Positions 32,501 to 44,369 are shown, counted from the stretch's first letter. The stretch: DNA of 64,000 nucleotides from an uncultured Verrucomicrobiae bacterium (GCA_963706955.1 CAVPOC010000010.1:160001-224000); one strand, 5' to 3'. Numbers and translations: made by a program. Notes: generated by a model not told the origin, from the letters alone.

Positions 32501-33267
32501 CGAATTCCAATTCACGCCACGACTCGAGTTCCCAGTCAAAACCAGTCGCGTCAAAAAACGATCCAGCCTCGCGAAGTCCGCAGCGGAATTCGGGTAATAA
32601 GTCGTTACCGGCGCTCGGCAGATTCTGGCGCGACAACGGACTCTCCCTGGTTCTGGTTAGCCTTTTCCTCCTCTTTCTGGGCGGCCAGACGGTTTCGGGA
32701 TGGTTCAACTACAACGAAGAGCTCCACGAACATCATCAGCCGCGAATCGGGCTTTCGGAATACTTGCGGAGTGGGGCGTTCGGCGAGGCAGTCTTCGAGA
32801 ATTGGGAAAGCGAGTTTCTGCAAATGGGTCTCTACGTTCTGCTCACATCCTTTCTCTTTCAACGCGGGTCCGCCGAATCCAACGATCCAGACGGAAGCGA
32901 CGAACCGGAGAGCGCTTCGTGTGATCCCGCACACGCGCCGCTCGCCGCGAGAAAAGGAGGCTTAGTCTCGAAAATCTATAGCCACTCGTTATCCATCGCG
33001 TTCGCGGCTCTTTTCGCGCTGTCGTTCGCTGGGCACGCACTCTGGGGAGCGAGAGCACACAACGTGGAATCCGCTCAACATGGCGAGAGCGCGCTTTCCG
33101 TATGGCAATACTTGGAGACTTCCCAGTTCTGGTTTGAATCCTTTCAGAATTGGCAAAGTGAGTTTTTGGCGATCTTTGCCATAGTCGTCCTCTCGATCTG
33201 GCTGCGAGAAAAAGGCTCTCCAGAGTCGAAGCCAGTCGCAGATCCCCACTCAAAAACTGGGGCGTGA
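32497..33267 (+). CDS. DUF6766-like membrane protein
   Basis: Internally duplicated motif FENWESEFLQ / FQNWQSEFLA, each followed by (Q/E)xGSxES. Confidence 0.82.
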   Translation: MTNSNSRHDSSSQSKPVASKNDPASRSPQRNSGNKSLPALGRFWRDNGLSLVLVSLFLLFLGGQTVSGWFNYNEELHEHHQPRIGLSEYLRSGAFGEAVFENWESEFLQMGLYVLLTSFLFQRGSAESNDPDGSDEPESASCDPAHAPLAARKGGLVSKIYSHSLSIAFAALFALSFAGHALWGARAHNVESAQHGESALSVWQYLETSQFWFESFQNWQSEFLAIFAIVVLSIWLREKGSPESKPVADPHSKTGA

Positions 33268-33353
33268 GCTCCATTTCCCCCGGCGGGGGCTAAAGCAGAT
33301 CCACGGAAAAGCTCCCGATCGGCGGCGCCGTGGTGATGCTTAGTTTATCGAGA

Positions 33354-33591
33354 CTATCGAAGTTTATTCAAGAGGATCTCCACCTCTTTATTAGCCGCCT
33401 TTAATAGATTGACGAGCCGATCAGCCTCAATGGCTTCATACGCGTGGCGATCCTCTAATCCTCGGGTGAGTGCTCGGGCCGCCAAGAGGATTCCGGTGAG
33501 TTGCTGCGCTAACCCGTCCCGCACGAAACATAAAATCTCGTTCTTTGAATGTTGGTCAGAAATAATCGCACCTCCGCCTTTCGCTCCTCAT
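33354..33591 (-). CDS. Small HisKA_3 (NarX-type DHp)-like protein lacking the phospho-His; apparent frameshift near the start
   Basis: Manual translation: GAKGGGAIISDQHSKNEILCFVRDGLAQQLTGILLAARALTRGLEDRHAYEAIEADRLVNLLKAANKEVEILLNKLR*. The ATG at 33591 is off by one base. Absent from the ORF track. Confidence 0.55.
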
Positions 33592-33619
33592 ATTATCCGC
33601 AAACACTGAGCTCGCCTAG

Positions 33620-33634
33620 TCGGGATTTTCCTGA
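33620..33634. promoter_or_regulatory. Candidate palindromic regulator site TCGGG-ATTTT-CCTGA
   Basis: Divergent intergenic region, about 79 bp upstream of 33713; same consensus as 30415. Confidence 0.4.
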
Positions 33635-33712
33635 TTGGCCCCTCGGAACAAGCAACCCCTCAGCATGGTGTAAAGGCATCCCTTTCGAGGTCGTGGACCG
33701 AATACTAAGAGC

Positions 33713-34816
33713 ATGCAGCAATCGCCTGTTCGAATTGGATTCGCTGGTTACGGCAACTTTGGAAAATTCCTCGCGGAATCATGGAGTTCCTTGGACAACG
33801 TCGAAGTGGTTGCGGCTTCCACGCGCCGCCATCCTGCGGAGGGCCTCCGAATCTACGACCATTGGGAGAAGCTGCTTTTAGACAACGAGGTCGATCTCGT
33901 CGCGATTACGACGCCGCCCAATCTTCATGCCGCCATCGCGGGAGCAGCGATGGAAGCGGGTAAACACGTCCTCATTGAGAAGCCGGTCGCCACCGCCCTG
34001 TCTGATGCCGAGCGACTCTTGGAAATCAGAGATCGCACCAAGCGGGTGGCCGCCGTCGATTTCATGATGCGTTTTACCCCGCTCGCGGAAATTCTCGCAC
34101 GATGGACTATCAACAAACCCTTCGGCGACCTGCGGCATGCTGTCGTTGAAAACCATGCTCAGGACGAATCTTTGCCGCCGGATCACTGGTTTTGGGATTC
34201 CGCGAAAAGTGGGGGCATCCTGGTCGAACATGCCGGGCATTTCTTCGATCTGATGGCATCTTTCACGGACGCTCTTCCGATCCGCGTCGACGGCTGGTCG
34301 CACCGTCGGAGTAATGGTCTCGAAGATACGATGTTTGCGCTGGTTTGTTACGACAACGGTCTTGCAGCAACGCACTATCACGCCTTCACGCGTCCGGCTT
34401 TCTTCGAACGGACGACCATCCGCCTATGGTATGATTTGGCGGAGGTTGAACTGGCGGGCTGGTTGCCGATCTCAGGCAAGATTCTTGCCCTGACGAACGC
34501 GGCCACAGAACCCGCAGTGCTCGCTCTCCCGAACTTCGCAGAGATCCAGCGTTTAGCCATAGCGGATGGCGACCGCCCGCTGGCGCAGCAGATAGCGGTC
34601 GGTGGCAACTCTTTTCCCGTAATGGAACAAGTGGAGGGCACCTTCGATGTAAGAGATACCAAGCACGAAGTATATGCTAATGCGACGCGGGCACTTCTCA
34701 GTGACGTCGTCCGAGCCATGGCAGACCCCGATCATAAATTACGGGTGCCCTTAGAGTGCGGCGTCGAGGCCCTGCGAATAAGCATCGAGGCAACAAAGCG
34801 TAGCTCGGTCTCCTAA
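33713..34816 (+). CDS. Gfo/Idh/MocA-family oxidoreductase
   Basis: Motifs IGFAGYGNFG, TTPPNLH, KHVLIEKP and GGILVEHAGHFFD. Confidence 0.9.
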   Translation: MQQSPVRIGFAGYGNFGKFLAESWSSLDNVEVVAASTRRHPAEGLRIYDHWEKLLLDNEVDLVAITTPPNLHAAIAGAAMEAGKHVLIEKPVATALSDAERLLEIRDRTKRVAAVDFMMRFTPLAEILARWTINKPFGDLRHAVVENHAQDESLPPDHWFWDSAKSGGILVEHAGHFFDLMASFTDALPIRVDGWSHRRSNGLEDTMFALVCYDNGLAATHYHAFTRPAFFERTTIRLWYDLAEVELAGWLPISGKILALTNAATEPAVLALPNFAEIQRLAIADGDRPLAQQIAVGGNSFPVMEQVEGTFDVRDTKHEVYANATRALLSDVVRAMADPDHKLRVPLECGVEALRISIEATKRSSVS

Positions 34817-35182
34817 GGCGCCCCTCGAGGGTTGCAAGAAAAGTGCGGTCGGCGCAGACAGGATCGTCACCGTCGCACCGCGGAGCAATGAGTGGCGCAA
34901 AACTGTCTCCAGTGTCTCTGCGAAATCATTCTTGCAAAGAATTCGCCGCTTGCTGGTTGTGGCTGCAGCCGCGGGGGCCGCTCAGCCCGTGCGCCGATCG
35001 AGGCGCGTTGAGGAGCACGGTCGACAACCTCGCTAATCAAGCGCGAGCGGGCAGCTTCACTTCGTGACGAACGCAGTCAGCGCCGGGAAGACCTTGACCG
35101 GATAGGCTCCTCAGGGCAGAACCTTAGGAGTTCAAGCTGGCCAGCAGGCCGGCCCGAGCACACCTTTCCCGGAGCATTATTC

Positions 35183-38100
35183 ATGGGCAAACTGCCAAGA
35201 CCATCTGATGCAACGCCACCCGCGGACGCTGGAAGGCAAACGCCAAAGCGAAACGTTGTCACTGACGAGAGAGGTGATGAAGGGTCCTTTGCCTTGGAGC
35301 TTCAGCAGGCGATGGTGGCATTTCGAAAGGGAGATTTTTCAGTGCGGCTGCCTACGGGCTGGAGCGGCGTTCAAGGCAGAGTTGCCGATCTGTTCAACGA
35401 GATCGTGGAGATGAGTGAACGCCGGTCGCAACAAGCAGCGGAGGTTGCCCGAATTGTTGGAAAGGAAGGCCGATTACGACAACGGATGGCCACCGGAGGA
35501 TTCATTGGAGGTTGGGCCGAAGAAGTCGAGGCCCTCAATACACTCATGGACGACCTGGCGCGACCGACGACGGAGATCACGCGCACGATCGGGGCAGTCG
35601 CTAAAGGGGACTTGGGCTTGACCATGGCCTTGGAAGTTGATGGGCGACCGTTGCAAGGCGAATTCCTTCACTCTGCCAAGTTGGTCAACCGAATGATCGA
35701 ACAGCTTGCCGTGTTCACCTCGGAGGTAACCCGCGTGGCCCGCGAAGTGGGAACCGAGGGAAAGCTCGGTGGCCAGGCGCTGGTGAAAGGCGTCTCCGGC
35801 GTTTGGAAGGACCTCACCGAAAGTGTCAACCGGATGGCCGGCAACCTAACCGCCCAGGTCCGAAATATTGCCGACGTGACCACCGCCGTCGCGCGTGGGG
35901 ATCTCTCCCGCAAAATCACCGTCGACGTGAAGGGGGAGATCCTCGAGTTGAAGGAAACCATTAATACAATGGTCGATCAACTTAACGCCTTCGCGGCCGA
36001 AGTCACCCGCGTGGCCCGCGAAGTAGGCACTGAGGGAAAACTCGGTGGCCAGGCAGAGGTCCGCGGAGTCGCGGGAACCTGGAAGGATCTGACCGACAAT
36101 GTCAATTCCATGGCGAACAACCTGACTACTCAGGTGCGCAATATCGCCGACGTAACCACTGCGGTCGCACGTGGGGACCTCTCCCGCAAGATCACCGTCG
36201 ATGTGAAGGGAGAGATCCTGGAACTGAAGGAGACCATCAATACGATGGTTGATCAGCTTAATGCCTTCGCTTCCGAAGTGACTCGCGTCGCGCGCGAAGT
36301 GGGCACCGAAGGCAAGCTCGCGGGGCAGGCCATCGTGCCGGGCGTCGGAGGCACTTGGAAAGACCTCACCGACAACGTCAACTCGATGGCCTCGAACCTG
36401 ACCGCGCAGGTGCGAAATATTGCCGATGTCGCCACCGCCGTCGCCAATGGCGATCTCTCAAGGAAGATCACGGTCGATGCGAAGGGAGAAATCCTGGAAC
36501 TCAAGAACACGATCAACACGATGGTGGATCAACTCAACGGTTTCGCCTCCGAGGTCACTCGCGTCGCGCGGGAAGTCGGCTCCGAGGGCAAACTAGGCGG
36601 TCAAGCTCAGGTCCGCGGAGGGGCCGGCACTTGGAAGGATCTCACCGATAACGTGAATTCCATGGCCTCGAATTTGACCGCTCAGGTCCGAAATATTGCC
36701 GATGTCGCCACCGCCATCGCGCGCGGGGACCTCTCTAGAAAGATAACCGTAGATGTGAAGGGGGAAATTCTTCAGCTCAAGAAGACCATGAACACCATGG
36801 TCGATCAGTTGAATGCCTTCGCCTCGGAAGTGAGCCGGGTCGCTCGCGAGGTAGGCACCGAGGGGAAGTTAGGCGGTCAAGCCCAGGTTCCAGATGTCGC
36901 CGGCACTTGGAAAGACCTCACCGACAACGTGAACTCGATGGCCAACAATCTGACCAGTCAGGTGCGCAATATCGCTCAAGTTACTACTGCGGTCGCACGC
37001 GGCGATTTATCGCGAAAGATCACCGTCGACGTCAAGGGCGAGATCCTCGAGCTCAAAGATACCATCAATACGATGGTGGATCAGCTTAATGCCTTCGCTT
37101 CAGAGGTGAGCCGCGTGGCGCGAGAGGTCGGCACCGAAGGCAAGTTGGGAGGTCAAGCTGAAGTCTCGGGCGTCGCAGGCACCTGGAAGGACTTGACCGA
37201 CAATGTGAATTCCATGGCCGGCAATCTCACCGCTCAGGTCCGCAACATCGCGGAGGTGACCATCGCGGTGGCCAATGGCGATCTCTCGAAGAAAATAACT
37301 GTGGATGTGCGCGGTGAAATCCTGGAGCTGAAGGAGACGATTAACACCATGGTCGATCAGCTGAATGCCTTCGCTGCCGAGGTAACCCGTGTCGCTCGGG
37401 AAGTTGGCACCGAAGGAAAGCTCGGCGGACAAGCCCAGGTTCCCGGCGTGGCAGGAACATGGAAGGGCTTAACGGACAATGTGAATTCGATGGCTTCGAA
37501 CCTGACCGCGCAGGTTCGCAACATTGCCGACGTCGCCACCGCAATCGCCCGCGGCGATCTTTCACGAAAGATTACCGTCGATGTAAAAGGGGAGATCCTG
37601 GAGCTCAAAAACACGATCAACACCATGGTCGATCAACTCAACGGCTTTGCCTCGGAAGTCAGCCGCGTGGCGCGCGAAGTCGGCACCGAGGGCAAGCTCG
37701 GCGGACAGGCCCAGGTTTCCGGCGTCGCCGGGACGTGGAAAGATCTCACCGATAATGTGAATTCGATGGCCTCAAATCTAACCGGCCAGGTTCGCAACAT
37801 CGCTGAGGTGACCATTGCCGTCGCCAACGGCGATCTCTCCCGCAAGATAGCCGTCGATGTCCGCGGGGAGATTCTCCAACTCAAGGAAACGATCAACACC
37901 ATGGTCGAGCAGCTGCGTTCTTTCGCTTCCGAAGTCACCCGCGTGGCGCGCGAAGTCGGCACCGAAGGACGCCTCGGTGTGCAGGCCGTCGTGCCCGGCG
38001 TCGCCGGCACCTGGAAAGACCTGACCGACTCCGTCAACGCGATGGGAACCAACCTGACGGCACAGGTGCGAAATATCGCTGAAGTCACCACCGCAGTCGC

Positions 38101-41100
38101 ACGCGGCGATTTGTCGCGAAAAATCACCGTCGATGTGAAGGGGGAGATCCTGCAACTTAAGAACACCATCAATACCATGGTCGATCAGTTGAATGCCTTC
38201 GCCGCAGAGGTCACCCGCGTCGCCCGCGAAGTAGGCACCGAGGGCAAGCTTGGTGGCCAGGCGCAGGTTCCGGGTGTCGCTGGGACCTGGAAGGACCTTA
38301 CCGATTCCGTCAATGTCATGGCGGCAAATCTCACCGACCAAGTTCGGGGCATCGTCAAGGTGGTCACCGCGGTGGCCAATGGCAATCTGCGCCAGAAGCT
38401 TACCGTCCAGGCCAAGGGAGAGGTCGCCGCGCTTGCCGAGACCATCAATAGCATGACCGACACTCTCGCGACCTTCGCAGATCAGGTAACGAACGTGGCA
38501 CGCGAGGTGGGCGTCGAAGGGCGCCTCGGGGGCCAAGCGAACGTTCCCGGCACGGCGGGGACCTGGGAAGACCTAACGGCCAACGTTAATCTCCTCGCTG
38601 CCAATTTGACTACTCAAGTCCGCGCAATTGCCGAGGTCGCCACTGCCGTCACTAAGGGTGATCTCACTCGTTCGATCCAAGTCGAAGCATGCGGTGAAGT
38701 GGCGGAGTTGAAAGACAATATCAACACCATGATCGGCAATCTTCGCGTGACGACCGAGCGCAACGAAGAACAGGACTGGCTCAAAACCAATCTCGCGAAA
38801 TTCACCCGAATGCTGCAGGGGCAACGCGATCTCGTTACCGTCGGTGAAATGCTTCTCTCGGAGCTCGCTCCGCTGGTCAATGCGGAGCGCGGCACGATCT
38901 ATCAAATGATTTCGCCGGAGGGCGAACGCCCCTCCCTCCGTCGGCTGGCGAGTTATGCCGACAGTTTCGAATTGCCCGAGTCCATCGCGCTCGGCAAAGG
39001 CCTCGTCGGTCAATGTGCCAAAGAAAACCAGCGCATTTTGCTTTCCGATGTTCCGTCCGGCTACATGCCGATTCACTCATCGTTGGGTGCCTCCAACCCT
39101 GCCGCCATCGTCGTTTTGCCCGTCCTCTTTGAAGGTCAAACCAAGGCGGTTATCGAACTCGCATCGTTGCACAAATTTACTGAAGCCCATCTGAGCTTTC
39201 TCGAGCAGCTCACCCAGTCAATTGGCGTGGTTCTGAATACCATCGAAGCGACGATGCGCACTGAGGGATTACTCCAGCAGAGTCAGCAATTGACCGTGGA
39301 ACTCCGGGCGGGACAAAAGGAACTTCAACAAACGAATGAGGAACTCGAGCAAAAAGCCAGGCAACTGGCTGAACAGAATGCCGAGGTCGAACGGAAGAAC
39401 ATGGAAATCGAACAGGCGCGCAGCGCCTTGGAGGAAAAGGCTGCCGAGTTGGCACTCACCTCAAAATACAAGTCTGAGTTCCTCGCCAACATGTCCCATG
39501 AGCTGCGGACACCGCTAAACTCTATCCTCCTCCTTGGCCAGCAATTGGCAGAGAACTCCTCGGGGAACCTACATTCCAAGCAAATCGAATTCGCACGCAA
39601 TATTCATTCTGCAGGATCCGATTTGCTCAACCTCATCAATGATATCCTCGACCTGTCGAAGATCGAATCGGGCACGGTGACCGTCGAGGCTGAAGAAATC
39701 AGCTTCGCTTCACTAAGAGAGTCCGTCGAGCGCAGCTTCCGCCATATCGCCGAGAGCAAGAATCTGCCGTTCGTTGTCGAATTTGATCCTCGTTTGCCTG
39801 AATCCTTCACCAGCGACTTAAAGCGCCTTCAGCAAATCATCAAGAATCTGCTTTCGAATGCTTTTAAGTTCACTTCGCGGGGACAAGTTCGCATGGAGGT
39901 GCGCTTGGTCGAGAGCGGCTGGAGCCCTGATCATCCCAGCCTCAGCCGTGCCGACGCGGTCGTCGCTTTGACGATCATTGATACCGGTATCGGGATCGCT
40001 CGAGAAAAACAGCGACTCATTTTCGAAGCGTTTCAACAAGCCGATGCCGGCACCTCCCGTAAGTACGGCGGCACGGGTCTTGGGCTGGCCATCTCACGCG
40101 AGCTGGCCTCGCTCCTCGGTGGCGAAATTCGCCTCACGAGCAATCCGACACAGGGAAGCACCTTTACACTGTTTCTTCCGCTTCTATATACGGGCCCGGC
40201 GGCGGCTTCCACGGCTCCCGTGAGCGTTCCGCTCAGTCAGACCGCCTCATTGGCATTACCGATCATGCCCATCTCACGTGAGGAGCGAATCCCCGACGAT
40301 CGCAACGAGATTTTAAAAGAGGAACCGACAGCCCTCATAGTGGAGGACGACCCGCACTACGCGCGCATTTTGTTGGGCCTGGCGCGCGCGAGAGGTTTCA
40401 AGGGGCTGGTGGCCATGCGTGGGAACGAGGCCATCTCTCTGGCGCGCCAATACCTGCCCAGCTTGATCACCTTGGATATCTTCCTTCCGGATATGCTCGG
40501 GTGGACCGTGCTTCACACCCTGAAACTGGCGCCAGAAACTCGCCACATCCCAGTCCAGATCATCACGATGGAGGATGAGCCAAAACATGGCCTCTCCCAT
40601 GGCGCGTTTTCCTATTTGGTCAAGCCGGCGACTACCGGGGACCTGGAGAGTGCCTTCGATCGGATGAAAGCATTTGTCGCTCCCAGAACCAAACGACTCC
40701 TCGTGGTCGAGGATAATGACATCGAGCGGCAGAGCATTGTCGAGTTGCTGGCGTCGGACGACATCGAAATAACCACCGCAGCGACCGGCGGGGAAGCATA
40801 CTCTCTACTCCTCGATCGCGCCTTCGATTGCTGCGTGCTTGATCTTCGACTGCCCGATATGACCGGGTTCGAGCTGCTTGATAAGCTTCAGGTGGAACAA
40901 AGCGTGCTCGATATCCCGATCGTCGTGTTTACCGGTCAAGAGCTTACCGAAGATGATCAACACAGACTCCGCACGGCCGCCAAGAGCGTCGTTATCAAGA
41001 ACGTTCAGTCTCCCGAGCGGCTCTTCGATGAGACCGCGCTCTTCCTTCATCGCGTCATTGAGAATCTGCCGAAAGCCAAACAAGAAATGCTTAGTCGGCT

Positions 41101-41494
41101 GCACGAGTCCAATGAGGTCCTGCAAGGTCGGAAAGTATTGATTGTCGATGACGACGCCAGGAACATTTTTGCCCTGTCTACGGTTCTCGAAAATCAGGAC
41201 ATGACCATCCTGAGCGCAACCAACGGTCGCAAGGCCATTGAGTTAATCAAGAAGACGCCGGACCTTTCGATTATCCTCATGGATATCATGATGCCGGAGA
41301 TGGACGGCTACGAAACTATGCGCGAGATCCGCAAGCTTCCTGAACTCCAGGATTTACCCATCCTTGCTCTGACCGCGAAGGCTATGAAGGGCGATCGTGA
41401 GAAGTGTTTAGAGGCCGGGGCGAGCGACTATATCGCCAAGCCGGTTGATAGCGTTCAACTCTTATCCCTGATGCGGGTCTGGCTCCATCGTTAG
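35183..41494 (+). CDS. Soluble poly-HAMP hybrid histidine kinase (HAMP array-GAF-coiled coil-HisKA-HATPase-3xREC)
   Basis: Eleven 92-aa repeats (W[K/E][D/G]LT..VN) plus a degenerate N-terminal one, GAF (GKGLVGQCA), [28 protein letters not shown], and three REC domains (VEDD/LDIFLP, VEDN/LDLRLP, VDDD/MDIMMP). Confidence 0.95.
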   Translation: MGKLPRPSDATPPADAGRQTPKRNVVTDERGDEGSFALELQQAMVAFRKGDFSVRLPTGWSGVQGRVADLFNEIVEMSERRSQQAAEVARIVGKEGRLRQRMATGGFIGGWAEEVEALNTLMDDLARPTTEITRTIGAVAKGDLGLTMALEVDGRPLQGEFLHSAKLVNRMIEQLAVFTSEVTRVAREVGTEGKLGGQALVKGVSGVWKDLTESVNRMAGNLTAQVRNIADVTTAVARGDLSRKITVDVKGEILELKETINTMVDQLNAFAAEVTRVAREVGTEGKLGGQAEVRGVAGTWKDLTDNVNSMANNLTTQVRNIADVTTAVARGDLSRKITVDVKGEILELKETINTMVDQLNAFASEVTRVAREVGTEGKLAGQAIVPGVGGTWKDLTDNVNSMASNLTAQVRNIADVATAVANGDLSRKITVDAKGEILELKNTINTMVDQLNGFASEVTRVAREVGSEGKLGGQAQVRGGAGTWKDLTDNVNSMASNLTAQVRNIADVATAIARGDLSRKITVDVKGEILQLKKTMNTMVDQLNAFASEVSRVAREVGTEGKLGGQAQVPDVAGTWKDLTDNVNSMANNLTSQVRNIAQVTTAVARGDLSRKITVDVKGEILELKDTINTMVDQLNAFASEVSRVAREVGTEGKLGGQAEVSGVAGTWKDLTDNVNSMAGNLTAQVRNIAEVTIAVANGDLSKKITVDVRGEILELKETINTMVDQLNAFAAEVTRVAREVGTEGKLGGQAQVPGVAGTWKGLTDNVNSMASNLTAQVRNIADVATAIARGDLSRKITVDVKGEILELKNTINTMVDQLNGFASEVSRVAREVGTEGKLGGQAQVSGVAGTWKDLTDNVNSMASNLTGQVRNIAEVTIAVANGDLSRKIAVDVRGEILQLKETINTMVEQLRSFASEVTRVAREVGTEGRLGVQAVVPGVAGTWKDLTDSVNAMGTNLTAQVRNIAEVTTAVARGDLSRKITVDVKGEILQLKNTINTMVDQLNAFAAEVTRVAREVGTEGKLGGQAQVPGVAGTWKDLTDSVNVMAANLTDQVRGIVKVVTAVANGNLRQKLTVQAKGEVAALAETINSMTDTLATFADQVTNVAREVGVEGRLGGQANVPGTAGTWEDLTANVNLLAANLTTQVRAIAEVATAVTKGDLTRSIQVEACGEVAELKDNINTMIGNLRVTTERNEEQDWLKTNLAKFTRMLQGQRDLVTVGEMLLSELAPLVNAERGTIYQMISPEGERPSLRRLASYADSFELPESIALGKGLVGQCAKENQRILLSDVPSGYMPIHSSLGASNPAAIVVLPVLFEGQTKAVIELASLHKFTEAHLSFLEQLTQSIGVVLNTIEATMRTEGLLQQSQQLTVELRAGQKELQQTNEELEQKARQLAEQNAEVERKNMEIEQARSALEEKAAELALTSKYKSEFLANMSHELRTPLNSILLLGQQLAENSSGNLHSKQIEFARNIHSAGSDLLNLINDILDLSKIESGTVTVEAEEISFASLRESVERSFRHIAESKNLPFVVEFDPRLPESFTSDLKRLQQIIKNLLSNAFKFTSRGQVRMEVRLVESGWSPDHPSLSRADAVVALTIIDTGIGIAREKQRLIFEAFQQADAGTSRKYGGTGLGLAISRELASLLGGEIRLTSNPTQGSTFTLFLPLLYTGPAAASTAPVSVPLSQTASLALPIMPISREERIPDDRNEILKEEPTALIVEDDPHYARILLGLARARGFKGLVAMRGNEAISLARQYLPSLITLDIFLPDMLGWTVLHTLKLAPETRHIPVQIITMEDEPKHGLSHGAFSYLVKPATTGDLESAFDRMKAFVAPRTKRLLVVEDNDIERQSIVELLASDDIEITTAATGGEAYSLLLDRAFDCCVLDLRLPDMTGFELLDKLQVEQSVLDIPIVVFTGQELTEDDQHRLRTAAKSVVIKNVQSPERLFDETALFLHRVIENLPKAKQEMLSRLHESNEVLQGRKVLIVDDDARNIFALSTVLENQDMTILSATNGRKAIELIKKTPDLSIILMDIMMPEMDGYETMREIRKLPELQDLPILALTAKAMKGDREKCLEAGASDYIAKPVDSVQLLSLMRVWLHR
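35804..38840 (+). repeat. Intragenic 276-bp tandem repeat, 11 units (HAMP pairs)
   Basis: The Trp codons of the WKDLT-type motif recur every 276 bp from 35804 to 38564. Confidence 0.9.
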
Positions 41495-41505
41495 CATACA
41501 TCCTC

Positions 41506-43266
41506 ATGGTCGGCATCGAAGACATACGGAGCGCATCGCGAGACGACCTCGAAGCGAGATCGCCGGAGGGGGGAGCAAATTCTTTTTCTACAGCACCCAC
41601 ACGCAACACTCTCACCCTCGAATCAATCACGCAGAAACCTGAGGCTGCCGATCCGATGTCTCCTCCGACCGTCCTCATTGTCGATGACGATCCAAGAAAT
41701 CTTTTTGCGCTCGAAAGCGTTCTCGAGGGGGGAAATTACGCAATTGCCAAGGCTCAAAGCGGCAGTGAGGCGCTCCTCGCCCTGATGAGTCAGGAGTTCG
41801 CGGCCATCGTCCTGGATGTTCAAATGCCGGAGCTTAGCGGCATCGAGCTTGCCCGGCTGATCAAACAGCGCCGACGCACACAGCATATCCCGATTATTTT
41901 TTTGACAGCGCACTACCTTGAGGAAGAGCACGCCGTGCTTGCCTATGACGTCGGAGCGGTCGACTACCTGACCAAGCCGATCAACCCTCTGGTCCTTCGG
42001 TCCAAGGTGAATGTCTTCGTCGATCTGTTCCGCAAGACACGCGCCTTGGCCATCTTGAATGCGAAACTAGAAGCGCAAAACGAGATCCTCGAGGGAGAAG
42101 CTGAGGAGCGAATGCGACGCATCCAGGCGGAGGCAGCCCAGGCCGAAGCCGAGGCGGCGAATGAGGCGAAGGACCGCTTCCTGGCTATGCTCTCCCATGA
42201 GCTCCGCACGCCATTGACCCCGATCCTCTACGCCGTCTCGCTTCTAGAAAGAGACCAGTCTTGTCCCGACCACATTCGTGACGCCTTGACAACAATCCGG
42301 CGCAACGTTGGCGTTGAGGTGAGGCTGATCGATGACCTGCTTGACCTGGCTCGAATTCGCAGCGGAAAGCTGACTCTGCAGATGGAGTCGGTGGATGTGC
42401 ACGATATTCTCCGGGACGCCATCGCCATCTGTATCGGAAACGTCGAGCGACGCGAGGCGCGCATTATTCAAGGATTCAGGGCGACTAATGTCCGGCTGGA
42501 CGCGGACCCGGCGCGCGTGCGTCAGATTTTTTGGAATCTGCTCAACAACGCCGTCAAGTTTACACCGCCTGAGGGGACAATTTACGTTCGCACACAGGAT
42601 TTAAAAGATGAGCTGCAGGTCGAAGTGATCGATACGGGACCTGGCATCGAGCCAGCCAAGTTGAAGAGTGTGTTCGATGCATTTGAACAGGTTTTACCTG
42701 AGTCCTCAGCTGGCCTCGGCTTGGGACTTGCCATCTGCAAGGCGCTTGTCGAGCTCCACGGAGGATCTATCAAGGCTCAGAGCCTTGGGCCGGATACGGG
42801 AGCATCATTTATTGTCAGACTTCCGGCTCGAGGTGGCGGCAACATGCAGCCAACGCCCGCCACCGCCGCGGCTCCTCGGCTCGGAACTATTCGGGTCCTT
42901 GTCGTGGATGATCACCAGGATACAAACGAAAGTCTTCGTCTTTTGCTTACCCGGGAAGGTCATGAAGTTTGCGTTGCCGGCAGCGTCGGGCAGGCTCTCG
43001 AGCTTGCGGAAACGTTCGAGTTTGATGTCCTGATTTCCGATATCGGTCTACCAGACGGTTCAGGAACTCATCTTCTGGAGAGTCTGAATCGCAAGAAGGG
43101 ACGACTCCTGCCGGCCATCGCTATGAGCGGTTTCGGCATGGAACAGGATCGCGAACGTAGTCTCACCGCAGGTTTCGCCGAACACCTCACCAAACCCGTC
43201 GAGTTCGCTGTCCTGCAGAGGGCGATCACGAAGCTGCTTGGCAAGGTCAACCCCCATCGGCAGTAA
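41506..43266 (+). CDS. Hybrid kinase REC-HisKA-HATPase-REC
   Basis: Motifs [40 protein letters not shown] and VVDDH..SDIGLP..KP. The start could be ATG 41656. Confidence 0.93.
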   Translation: MVGIEDIRSASRDDLEARSPEGGANSFSTAPTRNTLTLESITQKPEAADPMSPPTVLIVDDDPRNLFALESVLEGGNYAIAKAQSGSEALLALMSQEFAAIVLDVQMPELSGIELARLIKQRRRTQHIPIIFLTAHYLEEEHAVLAYDVGAVDYLTKPINPLVLRSKVNVFVDLFRKTRALAILNAKLEAQNEILEGEAEERMRRIQAEAAQAEAEAANEAKDRFLAMLSHELRTPLTPILYAVSLLERDQSCPDHIRDALTTIRRNVGVEVRLIDDLLDLARIRSGKLTLQMESVDVHDILRDAIAICIGNVERREARIIQGFRATNVRLDADPARVRQIFWNLLNNAVKFTPPEGTIYVRTQDLKDELQVEVIDTGPGIEPAKLKSVFDAFEQVLPESSAGLGLGLAICKALVELHGGSIKAQSLGPDTGASFIVRLPARGGGNMQPTPATAAAPRLGTIRVLVVDDHQDTNESLRLLLTREGHEVCVAGSVGQALELAETFEFDVLISDIGLPDGSGTHLLESLNRKKGRLLPAIAMSGFGMEQDRERSLTAGFAEHLTKPVEFAVLQRAITKLLGKVNPHRQ

Positions 43267-43391
43267 AAGGCGCCTGCACTAACCACGGTCGAGACCTCTT
43301 CATAGCGACAATACCGTCGGGCCAAGGCCTCCGTTATAGTGACTTTGTCTCCATGAGGTGCTCCTCCGCCCGTCGAGACCTCGCTGCTTGG

Positions 43392-43455
43392 TTGTAGCGA
43401 CCGTGCCCTCACGGTCGAGGGTCTCTCGCCGGCGGCGGGGACGCCGCCGCTACAA
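43392..43455. repeat. GTAG-type REP doublet
   Basis: TTGTAGCGACCGTGCCCTCACGGTCG ... CGGCGGCGGGGACGCCGCCGCTACAA. Confidence 0.85.
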
Positions 43456-43469
43456 AGGGGCTCCGCGCG

Positions 43470-43615
43470 TACGCCACGAAGGTGCGCGTGGTATCCGGCG
43501 ACTTAAAGCAGCCAGACCTGCCACAGCAGATTTTCGAAAACCTCAGGCGAGAAGGCATCCACGTAGACATCCTCGTCAACAATGCCGGTTTTAGCTTTCG
43601 TGGGAAGTGGTGGAC
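43470..43615 (+). pseudogene. Internal fragment of an SDR gene
   Basis: VRVVSGDLKQPDLPQQIFENLRREGIHVDILVNNAGF, with no Rossmann N-terminus or YxxxK nearby. Confidence 0.7.
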
Positions 43616-43706
43616 AAGCGAGGGTCGCCCAAGACTTGCGTTCACGACAAGCCCGCAACGGCGGTAAGCGCGGCGGACCTAGGTTGCCGATTATCGCCAC
43701 CGGCGC

Positions 43707-44261
43707 TTAGCTGTCTTTTCCCGCGGCGATATTCTTGATATGTTTGAGGTGGGTCTTAATGACTGGCAGCGTCGTGGCGGCGAAGCTCTTCAGTTCAAGA
43801 TTTTGCGACGTCTTCGAGGCCTTTTCGAATTCGGCGGCGACCATCTCATGGTCCTTGATCATTTCGGCAACATAGGCCTTGTCGAACTGCTCTCCCGAGA
43901 GTTTGCCAAACTTGTCGACCTTGCTCTCATGAAGGGTATCAAGCTTGGCTGGAAGGGTGACGCCATTCTTTGCCGCGATTGCTTGCAGCTCCTTATTGGC
44001 CTTACTGTGATCAGTCACCATCGCCGCGCCAAATTGCTTAATGTTCTCCTGGGTAGCCTTCTTCGCGGCCAGCTCGCCAAGCTTCACCTCAACCATTCCG
44101 GCTTGAGCCGCTGACATCATGAATGTCTCGTCGGCTGACGAGAATCTAGGCGGCGACGATTCAGAGCCTTTTTTCTCTGCAGCCAGGACGGAGGCAGACA
44201 TGCCCATGAGGTAAGCAATAGCTACCGCCGGAAAACAGATCTTAAATAAACGCGTTTTCAT
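43707..44261 (-). CDS. DUF4142 exported ferritin-like protein
   Basis: Signal peptide, then DETF..AAQAG..EV, MVTDHSKAN, FDKAY..MIKDH and TLP.IKTHL. Confidence 0.9.
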   Translation of the reverse strand: MKTRLFKICFPAVAIAYLMGMSASVLAAEKKGSESSPPRFSSADETFMMSAAQAGMVEVKLGELAAKKATQENIKQFGAAMVTDHSKANKELQAIAAKNGVTLPAKLDTLHESKVDKFGKLSGEQFDKAYVAEMIKDHEMVAAEFEKASKTSQNLELKSFAATTLPVIKTHLKHIKNIAAGKDS

Positions 44262-44369
44262 AGAATATCTTCTATGTCTTCGGAGTTGATTCGTCTGCCG
44301 GACCTGAAATTTCGATCACCAATTATGGTGGCGGCATCGAAGATGGCTCGAGACTTCGCGAAAGACGCT

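Noticed and set aside
35804..38840. Regular repeats as a possible CRISPR array
   Set aside because: The period is 276 bp, in frame within one ORF with synonymous variation. There are no unique spacers and no cas genes.
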